A DNA stretch of 64,000 nucleotides from Macrostomum lignano (lineage: Eukaryota), in contig NIVC01001928.1 of NCBI GenBank assembly GCA_002269645.1, positions 822-64,821 on the forward strand, written 5' to 3'. Under the pieces are notes generated by a model. The model searched no databases. It had not been told where the DNA came from and worked only from the letters and a program-made list of their open reading frames with translations. Position 1 is the stretch's first letter. Each line of letters opens with the position of its first letter. Below, piece by piece: positions 25,401 to 38,073 of the stretch. The translations under genes and the position numbers were made by a program.

Positions 25401-28400
25401 CCTTCATCCGTGATGGCTATAGATTAGCAATCCATTCTATTCCTTCATCCCTGATGGAGCTATAGATTAGCAATCCATTCTATTCCTTCATCCCTGATGG
25501 CTATAGATTAGCAATCCATTCTATTCCTTCATCCCTGATGGAGCTATAGATTAGCAATCCATTCTATTCCTTCATCTGATGGCTATAGATTAGCAATCCA
25601 TTCTATTCCTTCATCCCTGATGGCTATAGATTAGCAATCCATTCTATTCCTTCATCTGTGATGGCTATAGATTAGCAATCCATTCTATTCCTTCATCCCT
25701 GATGGCTATAGATTAGCAATCCATTCTATTCCTTCATCCGTGATGGCTATAGATTAGCAATCCATTCTATTCCTTCATCCTGATGGCTATAGATTAGCAA
25801 TCCATTCTATTCCTTCATCCGTGATGGCTATAGATTAGCAATCCATTCTATTCCTTCATCCCTGATGGCTATAGATTAGCAATCCATTCTATTCCTTCAT
25901 CCGTGATGGCTATAGATTAGCAATCCATTCTATTCCTTCATCCCTGATGGCTATAGATTAGCAATCCATTCTATTCCTTCATCCGTGATGGCTATAGATT
26001 AGCAATCCATTCTATTCTATTCCTTCATCCGTGATGGCTATAGATTAGCAATCCATTCTATTCCTTCATCCGTGATGGCTATAGATTAGCAATCCATTCT
26101 ATTCCTTCATCCCTGATGGCTATAGATTAGCAATCCATTCTATTCCTTCATCCTGATGGATATAGATTAGCAATCCATTCTATTCCTTCATCCGTGATGG
26201 CTATAGATTAGCAATCCATTCTATTCCTTCATCCGTGATGGCTATAGATTAGCAATCCATTCTATTCCTTTATCTGATGGCTATAGATTAGCAATCCATT
26301 CTATTCCTTCATCCGATGGCTATAGATTAGCAATCCATTCTATTCCTTCCCCTTCATGGATGCTATAGATTAGCAATCCATTCTATTCCTTCATCCGTGA
26401 TGCTATAGATTAGCAATCCATTCTATTCCTTCATCCGTGATGGCTATAGATTAGCAATCCATTCTATTCCTTCATCCGTGATGGCTATAGATTAGCAATC
26501 CATTCTATTCCTTCATCCCTGATGGCTATAGATTAGCAATTCCATTCTATTCCTTCATCCTGATGAGCTATAGATTAGCAATCCATTCTATTCCTTCATC
26601 CCTGATGGCTATAGATTAGCAATCATTCTATTCCTTCATCCCTGATGGCTATAGATTAGCAATCCATTCTATTCTTTCATCCCTGATGGTTATAGATTAG
26701 CAATCCATTCTATTCCTTCATCCCTGATGGAGCTATAGATTAGCAATCCATTCTATTTTCATCCCTGATGGAGCTATAGATTAGCAATCCATTCTCTTCT
26801 TCATCCCTGATGCTATAGATTAGCAATCCATTCTCCTATGATGGCTATAGATTCAATTTCTATTCCGTGATGGCTATAGATTAGCAATCCATTCTATTCC
26901 TTCATCCGTGATGGCTATAGATTAGCAATCCATTCTATTCCTTCATCCCTGATGGCTATAGATTAGCAATCCATTCTATTCCTTCAACCCTGATGGCTAT
27001 AGATTAGCAATCCATTCTATTCCTTCATCCGTGATGGCTATAGATTAGCAATCCATTCTATTCCTTCATCGTGATGGCTATAGATTCCCATTCTATTCCT
27101 TCATCCCTGTGATGAGCTATAGATTAGCAATCCATTCTATTCCTTCATCCCTGATGGAGCTATAGATTAGCAATCATTCTATTCCTTCATCCTGATGGAG
27201 CTATAGATTAGCAATCCATTCTATTCCTTCATCCGTGATGGCTATAGATTAGCAATCCATTCTATTCCTTCATCCGTGATGGCTATAGATTAGCAATCCA
27301 TTCTATTCTTATCTGTGATGGCTATAGATTAGCAATCCATTCTATTCCTTCAACCCTGATGGCTATAGATTAGCAATCCATTCTATTCCTTCATCCCTGA
27401 TGGCTATAGATTAGCAATCCATTCTATTCCTTCATCCCTGATGGCTATAGATTAGCAATCCATTCTATTCCTTCATCCGTGATGGCTATAGATTAGCAAT
27501 CCATTCTATTCCTTCATCCGTGATGGCTATAGATTAGCAATCCATTCTATTCCTTCATCTGTGATGGCTATAGATTAGCAATCCATTCTATTCCTTCATC
27601 CCTGATGGCTATAGATTAGCAATCCATTCTATTCCTTCATCCCTGATGAGCTATAGATTAGCAATCCATTCTATTCCTTCATCCTGATGGCTATAGATTA
27701 GCAATCCATTCTATTCCTTCATCCCTGATGGCTATAGATTAGCAATCCATTCTATTCCTTCAACCCTGATGGCTATAGATTAGCAATCCATTCTATTCCT
27801 TCATCTGTGATGGCTATAGATTAGCAATCCATTCTATTCCTTCATCCCTGATGGCTATAGATTAGCAATCCATTCTATTCCTTCATCCCTGATGGCTATA
27901 GATTAGCAATCCATTCTATTCCTTCATCCCTGATGGCTATAGATTAGCAATCCATTCTATTCCTTCATCTGTGATGGCTATAGATTAGCAATCCATTCTA
28001 TTCCTTCAACCCTGATGGCTATAGATTAGCAATCCATTCTATTCCTTCATCCCTGATGGCTATAGATTAGCAATCCATTCTATTCCTTCATCCCTGATGG
28101 CTATAGATTAGCAATCCATTCTATTCCTTCATCCCTGATGGCTATAGATTAGCAATCCATTCTATTCCTTCATCTGTGATGGCTATAGATTAGCAATCCA
28201 TTCTATTCCTTCATCCCTGATGGCTATAGATTAGCAATCCATTCTATTCCTTCATCCTGATGGCTATAGATTAGCAATCCATTCTATTCCTTCATCCCTG
28301 ATGGCTATAGATTAGCAATCCATTCTATTCCTTCATCCCTGATGGCTATAGATTAGCAATCCATTCTATTCCTTCATCCTGATGGTATAGATTAGCAATC

Positions 28401-31349
28401 CATTCTATTCCTTCATCCCTGATGGCTATAGATTAGCAATCCATTCTATTCCTTCATCCGTGATGGCTATAGATTAGCAATCCATTCTATTCATTCCCGT
28501 GATGGCTATAGATTAGCAATCCATTCTATTCCTTCATCTGTGATGGCTATAGATTAGCAATCCATTCTATTCCTTCATCCCTGATGGCTATAGATTAGCA
28601 ATCCATTCTATTCCTTCATCCGTGATGGCTATAGATTAGCAATCCATTCTATTCCTTCATCCCTGATGGCTATAGATTAGCAATCCATTCTATTCCTTCA
28701 TCCCTGATGGAGCTATAGATTAGCAATCCATTCTATTCCTTCATCCCTGATGGCTATAGATTAGCAATCCATTCTATTCCTTCATCCCTGATGGAGCTAT
28801 AGATTAGCAATCCATTCTATTCCTTCATCCCTGATGGCTATAGATTAGCAATCCATTCTATTCCTTCATCCGTGATGGCTATAGATTAGCAATCCATTCT
28901 ATTCCTTCATCCGTGATGGCTATAGATTAGCAATCCATTCTATTCCTTCATCTGTGATGGCTATAGATTAGCAATCCATTCTATTCCTTCATCCCTGATG
29001 GCTATAGATTAGCAATCCATTCTATTCCTTCATCCCTGATGGCTATAGATTAGCAATCCATTCTATTCCTTCAACCCTGATGGCTATAGATTAGCAATCC
29101 ATTCTATTCCTTCATCCGTGATGGCTATAGATTAGCAATCCATTCTATTCCTTCATCCGTGATGGCTATAGATTAGCAATCCATTCTATTCCTTCATCCC
29201 TGATGGCTATAGATTAGCAATCCATTCTATTCCTTCATCCCTGATGGCTATAGATTAGCAATCCATTCTATTCCTTCATCCGTGATGGCTATAGATTAGC
29301 AATCCATTCTATTCCTTCATCCGTGATGGCTATAGATTAGCAATCCATTCTATTCCTTCATCCCTGATGGCTATAGATTAGCAATCCATTCTATTCCTTC
29401 ATCCCTGATGGCTATAGATTAGCAATCCATTCTATTCCTTCATCCCTGATGGCTATAGATTAGCAATCCATTCTATTCCTTCATCCGTGATGGCTATAGA
29501 TTAGCAATCCATTCTATTCCTTCATCCGTGATGGCTATAGATTAGCAATCCATTCTATTCCTTTATCTGTGATGGCTATAGATTAGCAATCCATTCTATT
29601 CCTTCAACCCTGATGGCTATAGATTAGCAATCCATTCTATTCCTTCATCCTGATGGCTATAGATTAGCAATCCATTCTATTCCTTCATCCGTGATGGCTA
29701 TAGATTAGCAATCCATTCTATTCCTTCATCCGTGATGGCTATAGATTAGCAATCCATTCTATTCCTTCATCCTGATGGAGCTATAGATTAGCAATCCATT
29801 CTATTCCTTCATCCCTGATGGAGCTATAGATTAGCAATCCATTCTATTCCTTCATCCCTGATGGAGCTATAGATTAGCAATCCATTCTATTCCTTCATCC
29901 CTGATGGAGCTATAGATTAGCAATCCATTCTATTCCTTCATCCCTGATGGCTATAGATTAGCAATCCATTCTATTCCTTCATCCCTGATGGCTATAGATT
30001 AGCAATCCATTCTATTCCTTCATCCCTGATGGTTATAGATTAGCAATCCATTCTATTCCTTCAACCCTGATGGCTATAGATTAGCAATCCATTCTATTCC
30101 TTCATCCTGATGGCTATAGATTAGCAATCCATTCTATTCCTTCATCCCTGATGGCTATAGATTAGCAATCCATTCTATTCCTTCATCCGTGATGGCTATA
30201 GATTAGCAATCCATTCTATTCCTTCATCCGTGATGGCTATAGATTAGCAATCCATTCTATTCCTTCATCTGTGATGGCTATAGATTAGCAATCCATTCTA
30301 TTCCTTCATCCCTGATGGCTATAGATTAGCAATCCATTCTATTCCTTCATCCGTGATGGCTATAGATTAGCAATCCATTCTATTCCTTCATCCGTGATGG
30401 CTATAGATTAGCAATCCATTCTATTCCTTCATCCCTGATGGAGCTATAGATTAGCAATCCATTCTATTCCTTCATCCCTGATGGAGCTATAGATTAGCAA
30501 TCCATTCTATTCCTTCATCCGTGATGGCTATAGATTAGCAATCCATTCTATTCCTTCATCCTGATGGCTATAGATTAGCAATCCATTCTATTCCTTTATC
30601 TGTGATGGCTATAGATTAGCAATCCATTCTATTCCTTCAACCCTGATGGCTATAGATTAGCAATCCATTCTATTCCTTCATCCGTGATGCTATAGATTAG
30701 CAATCCATTCTATTCCTTCATCCGTGATGGCTATAGATTAGCAATCCATTCTATTCCTTCATCCGTGATGGCTATAGATTAGCAATCCATTCTATTCCTT
30801 CATCCCTGATGAGCTATAGATTAGCAATCCATTCTATTCCTTCATCCGTGATGGCTATAGATTAGCAATCCATTCTATTCCTTCATCCCTGATGGCTATA
30901 GATTAGCAATCCATTCTATTCCTTCATCCGTGATGGCTATAGATTAGCAATCCATTCTATTCCTTCATCCGTGATGGCTATAGATTAGCAATCCATTCTA
31001 TTCTTTATCTGTGATGGCTATAGATTAGCAATCCATTCTATTCCTTCATCCCTGATGGCTATAGATTAGCAATCCATTCTATTCTTCATCCGTGATGGCT
31101 ATAGATTAGCAATCCATTCTATTCCTTCATCCGTGATGGCTATAGATTAGCAATCCATTCTATTCCTTCATCCGTGATGGCTATAGATTAGCAATCCATT
31201 CTATTCCTTCAACCCTGATGGCTATAGATTAGCAATCCATTCTCTTCCTTCATCCCTGATGGCGCTATAGATTAGCAATTCATTCTATTCTTCATCCCTG
31301 ATGGCTATAGATTAGCAATCCATTCTTTTCCTTCATCCGTGATGGCTAT
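16433..31349 (+). repeat. 41-bp satellite DNA array (~360 copies; GATGGCTATAGATTAGCAATCCATTCTATTCCTTCATCCCT)
   Basis: Continuous 41-nt period with CCCT/CCGT/CTGT/ACCCT and 43-bp GGAGCT variants; runs into the N gap, so true length is unknown. Confidence 0.99.
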
Positions 31350-31476
31350 NNNNNNNNNNNNNNNNNNNNNNNNNNNNNNNNNNNNNNNNNNNNNNNNNNN
31401 NNNNNNNNNNNNNNNNNNNNNNNNNNNNNNNNNNNNNNNNNNNNNNNNNNNNNNNNNNNNNNNNNNNNNNNNNNNN
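31350..31476. other. Assembly gap (127 N)
   Basis: Run of N between two different tandem arrays. Confidence 0.99.
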
Positions 31477-31825
31477 ACCTCAAGGTCTCACCCCAAGACA
31501 CGACCTCAAGGTCTCACCCTCAAGACACGACCTCGACCTCAATGTCTCACCCCAAGACGCGACTTCAAGGCCTCAACCCAAGACCGACCTCAAGGCCTCA
31601 CCCCAAGACACAACCTCAAGGCCTCACCCAAGGCACGACCTCAAGGCCTCACCCCAAGACACGACCTCAAGGCCTCACCCCAAGGCACGACCTCAAGGCC
31701 TCACCCCAAGGCACGACCTCAAGGCCTCACCCCAAGACACGACCTCAAGGCCTCACCCCAAGACACGACCTCAAGGCCTCACACCAAGACACGACCTCAA
31801 GGCCTCACACCAAGACACGACCCCA
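31477..31825. repeat. 26-bp minisatellite (GACACGACCTCAAGGCCTCACCCCAA)
   Basis: ~13 copies starting at the gap. Confidence 0.92.
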
Positions 31826-31910
31826 ACTGTCCACACAGTCCTCACCTTAAGAGACGAATGCTTGGCCTTGTACATGACTGAAATGAAGAACTTATCAGTC
31901 ATATAATAGA

Positions 31911-32735
31911 CTAGAAGGTGCGATATAAACGCGATTCGCGTTGCGCAATGACTTGCAGATCAGCTTTAAGTTGGTAACGCTCCATTCGGGCCTTGCAGGA
32001 GCTGTGCATGCACACTTTCATAGCCAGACTGGACGAGTGCTGGCGTCGGCGAACAAATAGAACGAAACCCTGGCCTGAAGTGTCAGTTTTTATAGCATTA
32101 TCAATTTAATCTTCTCCACAGACTGCTATAACACTCGTGCTCGTAACTGATTGAAGCCTACTGGTAAATAATAGCAATTAAAAATTCACAATTGCCTGGA
32201 TCAGTCACTTTGGCCGAAGCCAGTGCAATGAGCTTTTATTCCCTCATTAGGCCTTACCACCAACGAATATCCGACGATCCTTCCGCTGCAGCACGTACTC
32301 GGGCATCTGCCATTTCTTAGCCCCGTCGGCGTACCTAACCGAGTCGGACACGACCTCGGCAAACAGATCGTTGATATTAAGCGTGCTGACAACCTTCATG
32401 AACTCCTTCTTGTCCATGTTGGCCCAGTCTATTTTCAGGGTGATTATTGGCGTCGCTGTTCTTAACGCAGCCGATTCCACGCGACGGCCCCTGATCGAGG
32501 TCCGACGCGGCCAAGTCGTGGGAGAAGCTGAAGCAGATGCCTCGGGCGGAGCTACGGTTTGTGTAGACCAGGGCGGGGCCCGCCGACGCCTCCCTGTGCA
32601 GGACGACAGCGCTGGCGGCGGTGCTGGCATCGTCGTTGCAGCAATCTTCTGCAGGCTGATTGTTCAGCTCCACTAGGGGGGGCAGCTTCCTTTGTCGGTG
32701 AGCCCGTCTCGCATTTCAATGCTCCTCCTTTTCAT
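31911..32735 (-). pseudogene. Putative two-exon gene, possibly MATH/TRAF-like, with two apparent homopolymer frameshifts (pseudogene or consensus error)
   Basis: ATG at 32735; frame ...ITLKIDWANMDKKEF...VSDSVRYADGAKKWQM...RIFVG; donor G|GTAAGG at 32258/32257 and acceptor cttcag at 32074 are both phase 1; next exon GQGFVLFVRR...LQVIAQRESRLYRTF*. Frame breaks at the G7 run 32676-32682 and the C4 run 32488-32491. Confidence 0.4.
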
Positions 32736-33570
32736 GTCGGGGATTGAAGGGGGAGCCAATTTTTGGCGATTGAGAAACAAATAGAGGACTTCGGTCAGCG
32801 GTCCGTCAGCATGCTCAGCTATTAGCGCTAATTGGCAAGTCAGCTGCAGCCCCGAATCGTACGCTTAATAAGCTAAACTGAAATAGGGGAAATATCTTCT
32901 TATGCTCCTAATAACGCATATATTTAATAAGTAGATACGTGAGGAAGCTTATTTGCGGGCGTCGGAATCGAATCCTGCCATAGACACTAGCGAGTCTTGC
33001 GAACAGACAGTGGCGCTTCTTTAGAAGTGAGTTTTATAATTTATGTCAATTGAGAAAAGTCTTGAATTGGTATACAGTAATTTCTTTAATCGAACAGCCC
33101 CCCAAAACACATGCATTCCATACGTGCCAACACCAGAATCCAGAAGTCTACATGATCGAACACACGTGCACGCAAGACAGCAATCGACCAAAAAAACTAA
33201 AAAAATAAGGCGATGCCAATTTAGGAAGAATCCTTGTTTTTCCTCTTAGCGTAAAAATTCAATGATTATTCCATCTAAAAATAAATAAAATAATTCTAAT
33301 TATTTTACTGACAGCAGTTGACAGCAGGTTCCAAAATAATTCATTTTTTTAGCATGCGCTGAAATTAATTTGAAAACATGCTCACCGATATGTATCGAAA
33401 AATATGTAAGTGCGTACACATCGTAGGTGTTTATGAAGCACTGCTGATTCTTTTTACATACGCAACACTGATATACGATCATTGATTTTTCTGTGCAAAA
33501 ACTTACAAAGATAAGGTAAACCGTAACAAAATGGGGCGAATGCGTCAAACTTATTTTGTGGCAAAAAGTG

Positions 33571-33644
33571 AGCCTCTAGGGAGGATCGAACTCCCGACCC
33601 CTGGTTTACTAGACCAGTGCTCTAGCCACTGAAGCTATAGAGGC
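33571..33644 (-). tRNA. tRNA-Thr (anticodon AGT)
   Basis: GCCTCTA/TAGAGGC acceptor stem, CTGGT-CTAGTAA-ACCAG anticodon arm, GGGAG-TTCGATC-CTCCC T arm, TTTTT Pol III terminator 3 nt downstream (33563-33567). Confidence 0.93.
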
Positions 33645-35236
33645 GGTGTTGAGGGACAGCAAAATTATACTTTTTATACATACATTTCCTGTGAACTATT
33701 TTAACCTGAAAGTTCCAAGAAATCGCCAATTTCACGTGCTGACACGTGCAAAGCCAAAGCTTATTAAGAGAGTGGAACTTAATTCTGACAAACTCCACAA
33801 GGCATCATAGGCCTAAGCATACGAGTAGTCGGGTACTAGCGCTCGTAACTGCTTTGGTTTCTAATTTTACTCATATTAAGTTGATAACCGTAATCGCATC
33901 ATGCCGATCATGGTCATGCTATGCTACATGCTAGGGTAGCTGAGCTGGTAATTCTAAACACCAGCGGGCTCCTAGCCTAGCCAAGCCCTGTTGGGCGGGC
34001 GTCGGCGACCCCTAGGATGTAATTTTAATGCACTGTCTTATTATGGTATAGTATAGGCGTATAGTATAGCCAGTTTTTTAAATAGGATAAGAGTAATTAT
34101 TTTAAGATAGGCCTACACCTATTTAGGCCAATGTCTAGAGGGTAGAGATCTATTTAATTTCTTAGGACTTAGGCCTACCTACAGTACATTAGCTATAGTA
34201 TACAAAGGCTATGGTTTGTATACTATAGCTAATCAGTGCTAGCTAGTCAGTGCTAGTGCTAAACTATACTCTATAGACTATAGTATAATAATAGCATAAC
34301 CAGGGCAGCAATTGTCAAGTTCCAATTGTTAAATTATTTTGACTCTAGAAAAATTTTTAAAGCTTTCCTAATATAAGACTAGAGTGCAAATAGAACTTAA
34401 TACTCGTAATATATTATATATGGAAAATTTATACTTATAGAAGCCTAGGGCCTAGTCTTACACTCTTAGACATACTTGCAAATTGCTTTTGCTAACTAGT
34501 GCCTATATGGCTATGCCTATGCTATAACAAATCTATGAATTAGACTTAGACTAGGGGGCCTAAGTCTTAGACTAGGCCTAGGGCCTAGACCTAACTATTA
34601 TTTGCCTTTTGCAATTAGAAACCTAAGTATTAATATTAGTCCAACTAGAAGGGTAAGGAAACAGTTGCCCTCCTCTTAAAGCAGAGACTTAAAAAAATCA
34701 AAGGAAGACCAAGCAAATAGAGCCACCTCCTTCCCCTTGGCTTGGGTCCTTACCTTCTAGAATCCCCCCTCCTTAACAAATTTCTATTTGTGCTACTAGG
34801 CCTAAGGCTAATGAATTAATCATGTTTAAAATTAGAAATTTGAATTTTGCACTCGGTAGGCCTATGTATAGATTTGATCATTTTTAAAGATAAAGTCAAT
34901 CATATATATATATAATACAGTGCAGCCCCATATATATATATAATTATATATAATATAGGCCTAGACTGATAAAAACAATATATAGGCTCAAGCCAATAAG
35001 CCATATAATTTTTATATGCACTTAGGATAGTATAAGTAGGGGCCTATGCATTTTGGTTGGCTAATTTAATTAAATTAATATTATAATATCCATTTCAGAA
35101 ATGATAAAATATTTTGGCAACAAAATGCAACAAATATTTTGGCAACAAAATTTTTATTTGCATTAATAAATTTTTAAACTAAGTATATTACTATTAGTAA
35201 TAAGCCAAAGGAACCATTACCTATAGCTTGAGCACT

Positions 35237-35287
35237 ATGGCTATGGATAAGCCTAATACAATGAAAGATATTGTGGAAGATATTAAT
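35237..35287 (+). CDS. TMEM134: TMEM134-like, candidate first coding exon (MAMDKPNTMKDIVEDIN)
   Basis: Acceptor at 35226 and donor AAT|GTAAGT at 35287; phase 0 matches the next exon. No homology support for this segment. Confidence 0.45.
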
Positions 35288-35574
35288 GTAAGTTGAAACT
35301 TTTTATCAAATATTTTAATCCTTCATAGTTAATCTAGGTACATGTATTTAGCCAAATATATAAGTCCTTAAGCTCAACTGTGATTATGTTTTAGGCCCAG
35401 TCTGCAGTCATTGCAAGAAATTACCAAGGTTTGCAAGACTCTAACACATTGGAACTAAGTGATATTGCTTTGTAAGTGATACTTGTTTATATATTTAATC
35501 AGTTTTAAAATATTAGTTTGAGTTGAGATTATCTTTTAATTATCTGTTTGAGATCTCCCTCTCTCTTTTTCTAT

Positions 35575-36290
35575 GATCATCAGTATTGGATCTCTTGTCA
35601 TTGTCAGTGTGGGATCTCTTGTCACCTTCAGTTTAGGATCTCTTGTCATCCTCAGTGTGGGATCTCTTGTCATCCTCAGTGTGGGATCTCTTGTCATCCT
35701 CAGTGTGGGATCTCTTGTCATCCTCAGTGTGGGATCTCTTGTCATCCTCAGTGTGGGATCTCTTGTCATCCTCAGTATGGGATCTCTTGTCATCCTCAGT
35801 GTGGGATCTCTTGTCATCCTCAGTATGGATCTCTTGTCATCCTCAGTGTGGGATCTCTTGTCATCCTCAGTATGGGATCTCTTGTAATCCTCAGTATGGG
35901 ATCTCTTGTCATCCTCAGTATGGGATCTCTTGTCATCCTCAGTATGGGATCTCTTGTCATCCTCAGTATGGGATCTCTTGTCATCCTCAGTGTGGGATCT
36001 CTTGTTATCCTCAGTGTGGGATCTCTTGTCATCCTCAGTATGGGATCTCTTGTCATCCTCAGTGTGGGATCTCTTGTCATCCTCAGTGTGGGATCTCTTG
36101 TCATTCTCAGTGTGGGATCTCTTGTCATCCTCAGTATGGGATCTCTTGTTATCCTCAGTGTGGGATCTCTTGTCATTCTCAGTGTGGGATCTCTTGTCAT
36201 CCTCAGTATGGGATCTCTTGTCATCCTCAGTGTGGGATCTCTTGTCATTCTCAGTGTGGGATCTCATGTCCTTATTCTCAGATCCTCAGT
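35575..36290. repeat. 24-bp minisatellite (CTCTTGTCATCCTCAGTGTGGGAT) in TMEM134 intron
   Basis: ~29 copies. Confidence 0.95.
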
Positions 36291-36359
36291 GTGGATGTCT
36301 TGTCACGATTCTCTAGAAATAGAAATCAGTATCACTAACACCCACCCCACCTCCGGCAG

Positions 36360-36517
36360 TGCTCCATCAGGTGCAGCTGTGACAGGCCTCTCTCCGGCAC
36401 CTCGAACAGCGGCAGTCCTGCCAACAGTTGGGGCAGCCAAAAGCCTCAGGGCAGTTCCAGCGGCAGCAATAATTGTTGCACGGCTGTCACAGCCTACCTA
36501 CTGCACATTAGGCCGAG
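36360..36517 (+). CDS. TMEM134: TMEM134-like exon (CSIRCSCDRPLSGTSNSG...AYLLHIRP)
   Basis: cggcag acceptor, GAG|GTACGA donor, phases compatible with both neighbours. Confidence 0.6.
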
Positions 36518-36591
36518 GTACGAGTATGATACCTGTGACTGATAACTGTTTATAATTTTCATGCCATTGCTCCCTTGCGCCAAATTTTCAG

Positions 36592-36668
36592 CTGTCTTGT
36601 GCACCCCGAAGTTCAGCGGCACAGCAGGTTGATTCTGGTAGCCACACTTTTCTGCCTAGTTGGTGCAG
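36592..36668 (+). CDS. TMEM134: TMEM134-like exon (CLVHPEVQRHSRLILVATLFCLVGA)
   Basis: Resembles TMEM134 HP.I..N.RVVLASFLLLLLG; ttttcag acceptor, CAG|GTTAGT donor. Confidence 0.8.
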
Positions 36669-36724
36669 GTTAGTTAAGCTAGTGCAATAGTGACAGGGTT
36701 CACATGCTGTAGGTAGCTATAGAA

Positions 36725-37285
36725 GTGGGGCCCCTGACTCCCAAAGTGGCGCCCTTGACTCCACCCGAAAGTGGCGCCCCTGACTCCATCCGAAAGTGGC
36801 GCCCCCGACTCCCGAAAGTGGCGCCCCTGACTCCACCCGAAAGTGGTGCCCCTGACTCCACCCGAAAGTGGCGCCCCCGACTCCCAAAGTGGCGCCACTG
36901 ACTCCATCCGAAAGTGGCGCCCCCGACTCCGAAAGTGGCGCCCCTGACTCCACCCGAAAGTGATGCCCCTGACTCCATCCGAAAGTGGCGCCCCCGACTC
37001 CCAAAGTGGCGCCCCTGACTCCATCCGAAAGTGGCGCCCCCGACTCCGAAAGTGGCGCCCCTGACTCCACCCGAAAGTGGTGCCCCTGACTCCATCCGAA
37101 AGTGGCGCCCCCGACTCCCAAAGTGGCGCCACTGACTCCATCCGAAAGTGGCGCCCCCGACTCCCAAAGTGGCGCCACTGACTCCATCCGAAAGTGGCGC
37201 CCCCGACTCCCAAAGTGGCGCCCCTGACTCCATCCGAAAGTGGCGCCCCTGACTCCATCTGAAAGTGGCGCCCCTGACTCCAAAA
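36725..37285. repeat. Composite 21/25-bp minisatellite (GAAAGTGGCGCCCC...GACTCC) in TMEM134 intron
   Basis: Alternating units sharing GAAAGTGGCGCC. Confidence 0.92.
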
Positions 37286-37375
37286 GTGCACTGGTGACTC
37301 CCAGAGTCACTCTGGATGTCATAATAGCAAAGCAACAGCCGCTATCGGCAGTGTTTTCAATCGGTATTTCCGCAG

Positions 37376-37474
37376 TTCTGATAGCCTCGGGTCTGCTAAG
37401 CATAGTGCCGGAGCCGCACCCTCTGTTTGGCATCGTGTTCGTTGCCGGCGGATTCGTTATCTTCATCCCGGGAA
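37376..37474 (+). CDS. TMEM134: TMEM134-like exon (LIASGLLSIVPEPHPLFGIVFVAGGFVIFIPG)
   Basis: Resembles TMEM134 LILVGVGLEATPSPG.SSAIFFVPGFLL.VPG; tatttccgcag acceptor, GAA|GTGAGT donor. Confidence 0.85.
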
Positions 37475-37993
37475 GTGAGTTCGGCAACATTGATTATTGT
37501 CTTTGATTAACATATATTATAGCAATAGTTGCAACGGCACCCTGGCGCAACCATTCGGCGTCATTGGCTCTACAACCAGCGCTGACGGCAATTCTGCGCA
37601 TTCCGCTGGCTCCTGAGCACATGCAAGCGCGCCAATACTGTACACAGGCATAGCACTCATGCACACGCTCTCACAGGGTGCACAGCGGCCCTGACTGTCT
37701 AATCGTCAGGCATGTACACTCTCTGTGCTTTGGGGGTTGGCCCTCCTGGCTTGTGAATCGCACGACAACCTTCCGGCTAAACTTCGTGCCCAAGCCTCAG
37801 ATGAATGCGTTTCAGCACGGAATCGAACCAGGGGTCGCGAGAGCCCGATGGTGTTTACCGCTGAGCTGCCCTGCCCCTGAGTGTGCTTTACTTAAAGCTT
37901 TCAATCCAGTAACTGCTCCCGACTTATGTTAGAGTTAAGGTAGTGCTTTTGAAAAGATATTGATTATTCCAACCGCCCTCTCACCGCCCGCAG

Positions 37994-38073
37994 TCTACTA
38001 TGTGACCTACGTCATTCGGGCCTATCTTGGTCACGACGGCTATTTGTTCGATCATTTGCCTTCCATGGACTGA
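37994..38073 (+). CDS. TMEM134: TMEM134-like terminal exon (YYVTYVIRAYLGHDGYLFDHLPSMD*)
   Basis: Resembles TMEM134 C-terminus YHVIFIYCAVKGHRGFQFFYLP; phase 1 acceptor ccgcccgcag; TGA at 38071-38073. Confidence 0.87.

Noticed and set aside
16433-31349. 41-bp array as a CRISPR array
   Set aside because: Units are contiguous with no unique spacers, only 1-4 nt variants; no cas genes; eukaryotic context.
32978-32987. Isolated CCATAGAC copies (also 61263-61272)
   Set aside because: About two chance hits of an 8-mer are expected in 64 kb on both strands, so these are not counted as evidence.
35536-36338. Long ORFs (RSHTEDDK, CGISCHPQ and similar)
   Set aside because: Products of a stop-free 24-bp repeat lying in a TMEM134 intron.
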